From NCBI GenBank assembly GCA_965153455.1, contig OZ234493.1:18776213-18840212 (forward strand): a DNA stretch of 64,000 bases. The letters are read 5' to 3'. Source of the stretch: Sphagnum compactum (Eukaryota). The notes beneath the pieces are model-generated. The model was not told where the DNA came from, made no database searches, and was given only the letters and a program-made list of their open reading frames with translations. Numbering within the stretch: the stretch's first letter is position 1; every line of letters begins with the position of its first letter. Made by a program: the position numbers and the translations under genes. Below, in pieces: positions 1 to 9,800 of this stretch.

Positions 1-2457
1 GGATATGAGAATTTGGGACTGGATTGTTATAAAACTTATTGGTTCTTGTTTCTGTTGTTTGATTTTTCAACTGAATGCCTTAAGATCGATCTGGCAGATC
101 TAAAAGCTAATATGGAAGTTCCAATTAACATAATAACAATTGATCATATGTTTGATGAAGGTTTGTCCCGTGTCTGTTCTTAAGCCATTGATACCAAAAA
201 CAAAGAGTCGCTTTTTGAATAACATGAACCAAAAACAATGAAGTCATCTATTTCCTTCTTTAGTGTAGGTTGCCAAAGTGAATAATCATGGCTGAGTCTT
301 CCTCTTGCTTCTGGACTTGCAACAGAAAGTCAGCATTGAAGCAAGTGGTTACATTGGCTTGTACCCGTTGCAGGGAAATTATCCAGAACTGATGAACTGA
401 ATTGTGAAGGAGATGTCACTTTCATACATGTCACTATTGATGGTCACTGAGTAAATGAGGGATTATCACTGGTGTTTATATTGCTAGAGTTATAGTTAGT
501 TCAAACTAGTTCAAGTCCCTTTTGTGTATTTTGTGCTTTTTTTCTTCCTTGTTCTTTAATCATCATTGGACTTCCTCTTTAACTTAAAGGGAAAGTTTTG
601 TCTCTTTGCTAAAGTACCTTTAATTGTGAGAGTTATTGGATTATTGGTGTTTCAAGGCTTTCATCAAGTTTTCCATTCTGCATACCTAGTGTTGCATTTA
701 TGCAGGTCCTAAATAACTATGGAAACATTTCAGTTTTAGGTTTAACCAACCTCAAGTTTCTTTCCAACATGCAAACCTCTAACTGAGACAGGTCTACTTT
801 TTTTTTGGATCTATTGTGATTGCAGATGCAGATGTAGTTCTTAGTATGCCTTGTTTGAACGGGACTTAGGTCGTGGGATAACCTTTTCAGTGAGGAAAAG
901 ACTTTTACACTGTTACAAACCTCCTCCCTCCTACAAACTAAAGTTATGACATGCTAATTGTGCATTTCAGCACAAAGTTTATGAAGAATGCTCTATCCTT
1001 TCTTTTGATCAAGTCCAAAGCGGTCTCTGTTTTAGGGAGTACATGTGGTCATCTCAAGTGTCATTTACTTTTGACAGGAAGCAATCAAAGTATAACTAGT
1101 GGTTGTCTCTCCTCTGGACCTAATCAAAACACCATTACTCTTAGCATCTTTCACAATTCAGTCCCTTGCATTTTCATGGTGCCCCCCAAGTCATGTGCTC
1201 AGGAGTCAAGGGCATCAAGAGGACTTTTCTTCAGTTTGGAGGGTATAAGGATAGAAAGCTTATGCAATCTCAAGGCTTTAGAACTTTCTATCACAGCGTC
1301 AAAGACTAATCTTGGAATTTGATTGGTGTACAGTATCTGAAACATGGTTGAAAAACAGTCAAGTTGACAACCACTGTGTGAGCTTCAACCACCCGGATAC
1401 AAGGTGAACTTCTAGCATGTACTATAGAGGCACAATTGGCAGTGCCATTTTCCAAGTTTCACCTATTTGCATGATCTCATTTCAGATAATTTCAATCCAG
1501 ATAGCTATCTTAATTGCTCATTTTCTATGGCTCAAACACCTCAGCCAACCTTTAAATTGTTGGCTTAATTTGTCTTCATTCCATCTTCTCAGTGTTGCTG
1601 ATTGGTTACACTCTGAAATCTTACCCTAATTGCAGAATCCTGGAATTTTTTCTACCTTTATGCAAACTACTGTAGCATTTGAACTAGAGTAAGCTAGGGT
1701 GATTCCCAAGTGAATGATGTCCTTCCATCATGTGCACAGTGAAGAGACGACTGCTGAGTAATGCAGAGAAATGGAATCCATTCAAGGAAATTCTTGTGTG
1801 GATTGAGTCCTTTGTTGCCAAATTCCAAATTATATCCTTTCTCTTGGTTGGTGTATGTTAAGAAGGAAGCAAATGGCGAGATTGCAAATATAATAGGATG
1901 TCTCTCATGTACTTCAAACAGGAGCCATGAAAGAGGAAATAATCATGGAGCTCTCAGATATTGCAAGCATACATTGGTGTAAAGGGTTCTGGAAATCTGG
2001 AAAAGACTCACAACGTTGAATGTTGCCAGCTATACCCCAAAAACCCCTCCAACAAACATGGTGAAGTAGGATGTAGCAAGAAAGAATGTCATGCAAAAGA
2101 TGAGAAATTTTTAGTGGCTTATGGGTGTATTTCAGGAATATGAGCAGTTGTCATCAGGAATACAGGCAGCTGTGCACATTGATGAAGAGTTGTGCAGTGT
2201 GCACAAATTTTGTCTTAGAGATTATGCATAAGTTAATACCATTGTTGTCACTCCAACTCCCTGTTGTCCATGATGCAAGTGTAGTAGCAAGTGCCTGACT
2301 TTCATCAACCAACAGAGCAGATGGTTTGAAAATAGAAGTTCTGTGTTTGGCGAGATTGTCATGACTTGTGGGAGACTAAGCAGTATGCAGTTGTGCTCCA
2401 GTTGTCTGAAAGACATACTATGCTCATAACTCATAATATGCAAGGGGAAGTAAATTC

Positions 2458-2889
2458 CAGTGTTGGGTGTTTCTTTACTTTTATGAAGAACCTCTGGTTC
2501 TAAAAACTAAATTAGAATGGTTCCAGTTCCACAAATAAATGGAACCAGCCATCCGGGTCTGGTTCTTCATTAACCTTTATTCCAGTTCTAGTTGTGAAGA
2601 TCAGATCCAGTTCCAAGTAATCCACATCGGATTCAGCAATTAACTGCTACTTAACCTCCAGTTTGCTCTTGGTTCTATAATTATTTTGAAAAAAATTCTG
2701 GTATTGGTTCTGGTTCCACACATAAATAGAACCAGGAAACCAGTTCCAGGTCGGGATTTTAAAATAGCCCAGTTCTGATTCCAGAACCAGCTAGTTCTGA
2801 CAATTAGACCCAGTTCTGGTTCAGTGTTTACTAACTGGAACCAGAACTGGTGATTTGAACCCACCAAACCAGGTAGGAGCCCAACATTG
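2458..2889. mobile_element. Non-autonomous hAT-type MITE (CAGTGTT ends)
   Basis: Left end CAGTGTTGGG (2458), right end CCCAACATTG (2880-2889). Flanking 8-mers GTAAATTC and GTATATTC match at 7/8, the TSD length of the hAT superfamily. Interior is rich in GGTTC/GAACC subterminal motifs. Confidence 0.8.
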
Positions 2890-3354
2890 GTATATTCCTT
2901 AATTAACTTTGCAACACTCCCCAAATGAACAGGATTTTGAATGTCAATAACATTCAGACCATGTGATTCTTGGCTTTGAGATCGTGTCACTTTGGGGTGA
3001 CATCGAGTGTTATCTTTTCAGGACACCAATAAGATCAGCTCTGCTCATGTCTCGTATGTCATCATGGAAATTGCTCATCTTCGACTAAAGGCAAAGAACA
3101 AAGAAAGAAAAACAAAGTTATCCATGGAAACCACAAAACCACAATATTTTGACACTGTCATGAAATCCCTAAAATGAGACATCACAAAAATTTAATAAAC
3201 CGATGAGGACAAGAACAAAATGAGCCACTATGTAGAGCTGGCAATAAGAGGACAAGGATGAGGAGACTTAGTTCACATGAGATGATGTTTGGGCTTTGAA
3301 CTTGCTTCAAGTTTCTTGTGGATCTATGTCCTTATTATGAAGCTGATGGTTAAT

Positions 3355-3786
3355 TGAAATGGTTCATACAGCAAGATTTTCTATTTAAAATTGATGTTTT
3401 CATATAACTGGTGTAGAAAATCATGGTCAATGGCCCTTCATAAGAAGGTGTGTACTGGGTACAGGATTTGGACTTCATTATGCCAAGGTCACGATTTCCA
3501 ATATTATGAGCTTGGAAAGAATATTATGCTAGTTTGCAGTCATTGGAAAAAAATCAATTAGCAAAGTAATCAGCTTGATTTCATAGTTATTGAATTTTAT
3601 GCCTCAACCCTTAGTAAGACAATCAGCTGAACAAGTCTGTTACCCAAATATATGGATATTGCAATCCTTAGTACATTGTCTTGATAAACATGGCACAGAA
3701 TTTGAAAACTGATCACAACCTAAGACTTAACTTGGCATAAATGTGTTTTTCTCCAACTATTGTTTCAAATCATTGTACTATGACCA
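3355..3786 (+). pseudogene. Possible highly decayed more N-terminal SHC fragments
   Basis: Short stretches in different frames (KWFIQQ..KIDVFI, GQWP, FQYYEL, MPQPLVRQSAEQ, MCFSP) occur in the order of SHC motifs (FIL..GG..NVFT, GQxPW, FNIYE, PxxLRxxA, QPCxSP). The similarity is weak and judged by eye. Confidence 0.35.
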
Positions 3787-4020
3787 ATGGGAAATCTTGC
3801 TTTTGTCCAATTTCAAATGACCATCATCATTAGGACATGTCCATACACTCCCAGCCACCACCCACATTTTGGATATTGAGCAACCAATGCACTGCCCCAG
3901 TCATTAAAGAATCGTTGAACTAATGCCCACATTGCTCAGTGCTCCCAACACTGACCAAGTACCATAGATGTAGTTTACACCCCCAACAACCCCACAAACT
4001 ATCATCCAGTTGGCAATCAA
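3787..4020 (-). pseudogene. shc: Inverted internal fragment of the squalene-hopene cyclase pseudogene
   Basis: Minus strand, with frameshifts, reads QLDDSLWGCWG/VNYIYGTWSVLGALSNVGISS/NDSLMTGAVHWLLNIQNVGGGWECMDMS. This corresponds to SHC QxxDGSWxGRWGVNYIYGTWSVL...AVxWLxxIQNxDGGWGE, which is nearly all of the block missing between LAQL and (W)ALLAL on the plus strand. Confidence 0.85.
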
Positions 4021-4700
4021 GCTTTTGAAACACAAATCAACCATGCACTCAATTGGCTACGTAATAGACAAGTGTTACATGTCAAAGGTGATTGGGTGTA
4101 TCAAAAGCCACATGTTCGTCCAGGTAGTTGGGCCTTCCAATTTAACAACACCTGCTTCATTGACCTAGATAACACATCAGTGGTGGTGATGGTTATGGAT
4201 CATGCCTGCCAACAATTTGGCATAGGGGGCAACAACAAAGCCATAGCTTGTGGCAAAGAATGGGTTATGGGCTTGCAAAGTAAGAAAGGGGGCTTTGCTG
4301 CTTGTGATGTAGGCAACACCCATCTCTACATCAACAACATCCCACTTGCAGATCCTGGCAGTTTGCTTGACCCACCAACAGTGGATGTCACAGCTTGTGT
4401 TGTGGGCATGTTGGCCCAACTACATGAGTCATTAGTGGATAGCTCAACTTGAGCATTGCTTGCCTTGATCTCAAAAGGTAATGCAAACCACACAGGAGGG
4501 TAAAATGGGCTCAGATTTTTGCAAAACACTCAACATGAAAACGGGCTATGGCCAGATGAACATTTCGCAGGTGGTGGTTTCTCATAGGTGATTTAAATAT
4601 GTTACCAAGGTTATCAAAAGTTTTCCCCTTGTGGGCACATGCTTGCTATAGCAATTTCATGCGAAACAATTGACACAAAATGAACTCGCTTCAAATTTCT
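4021..4700 (+). pseudogene. shc: Squalene-hopene cyclase pseudogene, C-terminal part, intronless, with in-frame stops
   Basis: Frame from 4021 reads ALNWLRNRQVLHVKGDWVYQKPHVRPGSWAFQFNNTCFIDLDNT (DxDD motif decayed to DLDN) ... EWVMGLQSKKGGFAACDVGNTHLYINNIPLADPGSLLDPPTVDVTACVVGMLAQL. Past stops it continues ST*ALLALISKG...RFLQNTQHENGLWPDEHFAGGGFS*VI*ICYQGYQK and, after a frameshift, FPLWA. These match SHC QW repeats, DPPTxDVT and the TGFPxxFYLxYHxY C-terminal motif. Confidence 0.9.
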
Positions 4701-5984
4701 TGTGGACCTATGTCCTTTAAATAAGCCATACATGACATTAGAGATCACACTGAGGAGCATTTGCCATTTATGATTCTCCATAGTAAGTCATAAGTGATAG
4801 CCACCAGATGGTTTATGAAGTTATGCCCACACAAGATTGCAAATTGACCAATTAACAGACATTTAAATTATGGGAGGAGGGTATGCTCCAAAAGCAATTT
4901 AATGTGAAAACTATAAGACAAAAGTTTCCCAAAATTCAATTTATAACTAGAATGTGAATTTTAAATAGAATTCCCAATGTATGTATATTTTCTATCTTAG
5001 TAAGCTATTGTGTTATGTTAAATAAAATATTCAATTGGTTTTTAGTGCTACTATGTTGTGATATCTTACATTGAAATTTGTTTAAAGTTTTCTCTGGTGG
5101 TGGACTAGAACAAAATCAATGCATAAGGCTTTGAAAATGCAACTTCTTTGAGCTCGACAATTACAGTTCATGCGGAATGCCTGGTGTCTATAGTCTATAC
5201 AAGCCTCCCCAATGAAGGATTTAAAAATCAATTCTAAATCATGCTAAATCATGCAGTGGTGTTTCAAGTCTCTACTATCAACTCCCTTCAACCAATTTTC
5301 TGCCGATAGATTAGGCATAGTCCAACCTTTTCTTTTTGGCAAATTTGACAAAAGGCTGTAAGATTAAAACGGGTTAGTTATGTGTCTTTGCAAAAGTAGA
5401 ATTTAAGATCAGGTATACACAATTCATCAACATTGTTGCTTTCCTTAAAGAGTACCTATACCACACTCTAGCTTATGACACAAATGCCAAGCTTTTAACG
5501 GAGAAAGCTTCTTCTTATGGGATAGGCAAAGTTGTCCATAAGGCCTTTTTGATGGCATTGGAACAAATAACTAAATCATCAGCTCACCACTCCATTAAAC
5601 CCTGTACCCTAAATCAACATGTCTACCATTAGCTTTCCTGGCCACATGTAGAATTCCAAAACAAACATTTTTGCAAAGAAAAAGATGAATACGTCTTATT
5701 TGATTTTTCTACTCGCATGAGTGTGAACCTAAATCTTACTTAAATCCTTGATCTGAAGCAATCAAAGGGGCAATTTTTTACTAGTTCTGAATGGCTAATC
5801 ACAGCTTATACCTAGAGTGGGTTAGTACTTAGTATGCTAGTGGTTTTTCAGTATGAGAAATAACATAACAATTTAGTAATCTACAACATTACCACATAAT
5901 GTACTGCATGGAGCCAGCTTTCAAAAGGACACCACACCTTTGATATATGAAAGAGGGTATATGGCACTTCTTCCTCTTATTTCC

Positions 5985-6170
5985 CATTTCTTTTGTTCAA
6001 GAAAATTCAAAATTTTAAATTTGCTTTATCTTATTTCCCTTTTCTATTTTGTTCAAGAAAATTTTGTAAATTTAAGGGGCCTTCACCTTAATTTCTGATT
6101 CCATTTGTTCAAGAAAAATTCAATAGGTGGAAAGATTCTTCCCCTTTTGTCCCAGTTCTTTTGTTAAAAA
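5985..6170. repeat. Degenerate tandem repeat, ~55 bp, about 4 copies
   Basis: TTTGTTCAAGAAAA recurs at about 5992, 6048 and 6104, with a variant at about 6159. Confidence 0.55.
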
Positions 6171-6249
6171 AACTGTTCTTTAAAACACTATGTAAGGTGC
6201 AACAATGGGCGATATGCCTGCAATATAGGCCCTTAATTCAAAGAACTAT

Positions 6250-6668
6250 TACCAGGTAATGCCCCCCAATGGGGAATGTGGATGGATAGGCCCTTAATTT
6301 CCGGACATACCCCCTCCTATGGCCTTAAACCATCCACGTGACCTTGCATGAGACCTTATACAACTATCCTAGGGACATTTAAACTGTCGCACCACCAGGT
6401 AAGACCCAACAATAGGGACCTTGGTTGGACAGGCCCTTAATGGCAGGAACTACACTATTCCTGGGCCTTAACCACTCCACACTACCTTGCTTGTGGCCTT
6501 ATTATACAGCTACCCCAGGGACGTTAACACTGTAAAGCCCGACGATGGGGGAACGCGCCTAGGCATGGGTCCTTCATTTCCGGAACCACCCCCTCCGGCG
6601 GCCGTACGTCCCTACACAAGACCTTGCATACGGCCTTAAACGGCCACCCTAGGGACGTTAACACCGCC
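6250..6668. repeat. GC-rich degenerate tandem repeat, ~130-145 bp x3, directly upstream of CAP-H
   Basis: Each unit carries GGCCCTTAAT (GGTCCTTCAT in unit 3), ACCTTGC, (G/A)CCTTA and AGGGAC(G/A)TT in the same order. ACCAGGTAA starts units 1 and 2 at about 6251 and 6394. Confidence 0.7.
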
Positions 6669-6697
6669 ATTGCACCTTTCAAGTGTGGTTTGCTAGG

Positions 6698-6705
6698 GCG
6701 GGAAA
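6698..6705 (-). promoter_or_regulatory. E2F consensus site TTTCCCGC upstream of CAP-H
   Basis: GCGGGAAA on + is TTTCCCGC on -, about 105 bp before the ATG of a cell-cycle gene. Motif match only. Confidence 0.5.
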
Positions 6706-6810
6706 TGTTTGCTGCGAGAATGCGAAAACAAAGCGGAGAGTGCTCTGCGTTGTTGCTTCCCGAGCTCCGAGTACTTTTGATTTGTTTGCAAGCGCGGTCG
6801 GTTCGAGGGG

Positions 6811-9800
6811 ATGGAGCTCAGGACGCCGTTGAAGGCCAGGGTGCAGTCTCCGGGGCCTCATTTGCTCACGCCCAATGATGACGACGCGGAACGTGCACAA
6901 ATGAGAGTGGCGCGCGCCACAACGTTGTTGCGTAAGTCCTCCGGGATGATGATGGTCTTCGACTTCGAGCAGGTGTCGACCCCTCCAAGGGAAAGCAACG
7001 TGCTTAGTCGGGACCGTATCCTGGAGCTTCACAACAACTGCATCAAGCTCGCTGCGGAGAATGTACGTGGGCACTATGTCTCTCTCCCCCTGTTGGATTA
7101 CTGTTAGGATCAGATGATCCCCGATTGTTGAAGAACTTCTTGTTATTTTCTGTGCTCTGTGTGGTGCCTAGCTCCGTGAAACTTCTCCGTTCCCCTGACT
7201 GAAACGCTGGTGAGTTCAGAAGGTTTGTGTGTTGTGAAGCGCTGCAGTTCAATTCCATGCATGCAAAGAAGAATGTCGAAACCAAGGAAGTTGTGGCTTA
7301 TCAATTTGGAAAAGGCTTGAAAAAGTCTGTGTACGAATTCTTGAAAATTGTCCAGAAATTCTCGAAATGTGCGATGCAATTCGATTGACAGAAGTTTATT
7401 TAGACTTCACATTTTCACGACAATGGATATCGTCGATCCGTCCGTCGGCCGCTCGGTGTAGAAGGCGTCATGAGGATTAAGAAAATGCTTTCATAATGCA
7501 AGGAGACACGCAGTAGCTGACGTACAATTCTGGGAAAGAAAAAACCAACGATCAATCGTCTTTCTTCAGAAGCCTTTAGGGTTTAGCTGCAGTCAAATGG
7601 AACAATTAGGAGCTTCCAGATATGATCACCGTCTGTCATGAAAACAACAGGCTCATAGTTTGTAGTGATGTAGGCTACTGGCTCACCATAAACCTTGTTC
7701 ATGTGGCTGAGGGGATTTGCAGAAGATTACCCAGCGCAACACATGGGATCTGAAGTTGATTGACCATCTGAGCACTCTTGTTAAGGGAGGACATGATGAT
7801 CAGGACCAGACAAATTTCCAAAAGGTGTCATCTATGTCCACTACAACCATTGACCTGAAACTTGGCTTGAGGAAAGAAATGTCTTAGGGAAATTTTGGAG
7901 ACCAAGGCCACCTATAGTGGGATTGCTAGTTGAGCTAGTGTTTCAAGTAGATGCAGTGGATGCATTGTTTTTTGCCAGAAGTACATAGACCTTGTCAGCT
8001 GTCTGGCATTGACAATGCTTCAAGTGTCAAAGATGATTGTAACAGGTTTTCTTTTGTGGTGTCGTAAGTCTTGGATTTTGGTGAAGCTTACGTTTGCGTA
8101 CTTGTAGCAATTTCGAGTTTCATTCTTAATGCAAGGCCCAACAAATCTCACAAATGATCATTGATCTGGTTTTCAACAGAGGGAGTCTATAGAAATGTTT
8201 TAATTTTCTGTGAACAAAATGGCAGGCGAGCTGCACACTAGAAGCAGGTGTCAAGATATACTCGACAAGAGTTGATTCTGTGCACACAGAAGCCTACAAA
8301 GTATTAGGGGGCCTCAATCGGACAGCTGGGGCTACCAATGACAACTGTAAGTGACACTTGCACCAGATTAGATACTGGGACTTCAATTGAAGATGTCCCT
8401 CATGCTCTATCGAACATATAAATCATTTAGCTCTGGTGGAAATGGTGTGTTCATGGGCCAGTGGTAATAGTTGACATCAGCTCAGTCATTATCAGATATG
8501 TGGCCATATACTCAGAGCTTGAGCCTAAACCTTAAGGGTGACTGTAGACTATGGCAAGTCTGCTATACTGCTTTGTGACGAAGAATACCTTTGCTATATG
8601 CTGCCACCTGGTATCAGGGTACAAATATGGTTGATATTTGGAAACAGAAGATGCTAAAGAGTCCTTGCTTGGTGTTTCAAGGGAGATTTTACAACTCATA
8701 TAGGAGTGAGACCATGTGTGGTCAAAGCTGGAAGGCTCATTTGGAGATGGTCTGAGAAATGGCTAATAACAGCTGTTTGAATGTTTCTGTGGTGCACAGC
8801 CCAGTTTGTGGATGTAGACAATGGCAAGGAAGGTGAAGATAATGAAGATGAACCACGGAAGGATTTGCAGAAGAAAGTATGTGAAGTCTTGCCCCAGTTA
8901 GAGTTTGGCAGACACAATCTATATTTTTGACCTAGATTGAGAGAAGACGGTATAAGTTAGAATAACAAGCTAATGAGTTGCAATGAGCAAGTAAGGTGCA
9001 GGGAGACCAGTTATGAAGATGGTTGATTCCATATTGCATTATTGCTGTTGCATATGAAATGGAGAACCACGATGTGAATTATGTCTTGCATGGCAGATCA
9101 GATGGTAAATAGGTGAGTGGTGGTAAATACAGCCTCTTTGATTAGACCCCTGTAGTTTGGCACAGCCTTGATAGCTTATGAAATAATGAGCAATATAAGA
9201 GACATAGAGTGAGGTGAAAAACTATTCATCGCTTGCTTGAAGGTGAGGATCCAATGGCTGGTGTGTGTAGATGGGGAACCGCTCAAGTACTTTAGAAGAA
9301 TCATTTGCAAACCTCAATGTGAAGAAATTTGATGGTAAGATACGCTTTATAGACAGATGTGCCATCATGTTTGACTGCACATGGATGCTCCTTGCAAGAG
9401 TTAGCTTCAATAGATTTTCCTTAAAAATCTGGGGGTGAGGTGGTGAGGTGTGCACAGGGTGCCGACTGCCATGATTGTGTGGAGGCAACAGGATTTTCAG
9501 CAATTGCATGCTCGTAGTCATTGAGAGATGTGCTTTCATGTCTGACTTCAGATGGATGTGCTTTGCAGGAGTAAATTTTCTTCAGCAATCTATGTGTAGG
9601 TTGGTGGGATAGGAAGAGGTGTGTATAGACATTGAGTGGTATTATTGTGTGGAGCCAATAGGATTTCATTAAGTCATACAACTAACCATAACATGGCCAA
9701 TGGTGTGTGCAGTGGCATTCACTGTTGACCCCCTGTTTCACCAAATGTCAGCACAATTTGATGAAGGTGGAGCCAAAGGCCTGCTGCTCAACACGCTCAG

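Noticed and set aside
951-1322. 123-aa ORF near the window start
   Set aside because: No recognisable family on either strand; left unannotated.
4072-4452. 126-aa ORF as a functional small protein or a plant oxidosqualene cyclase exon
   Set aside because: It is a stop-bounded piece of the SHC pseudogene. Homology continues on both sides without splice sites, and the catalytic motif is DxDD-like, not DCTAE.
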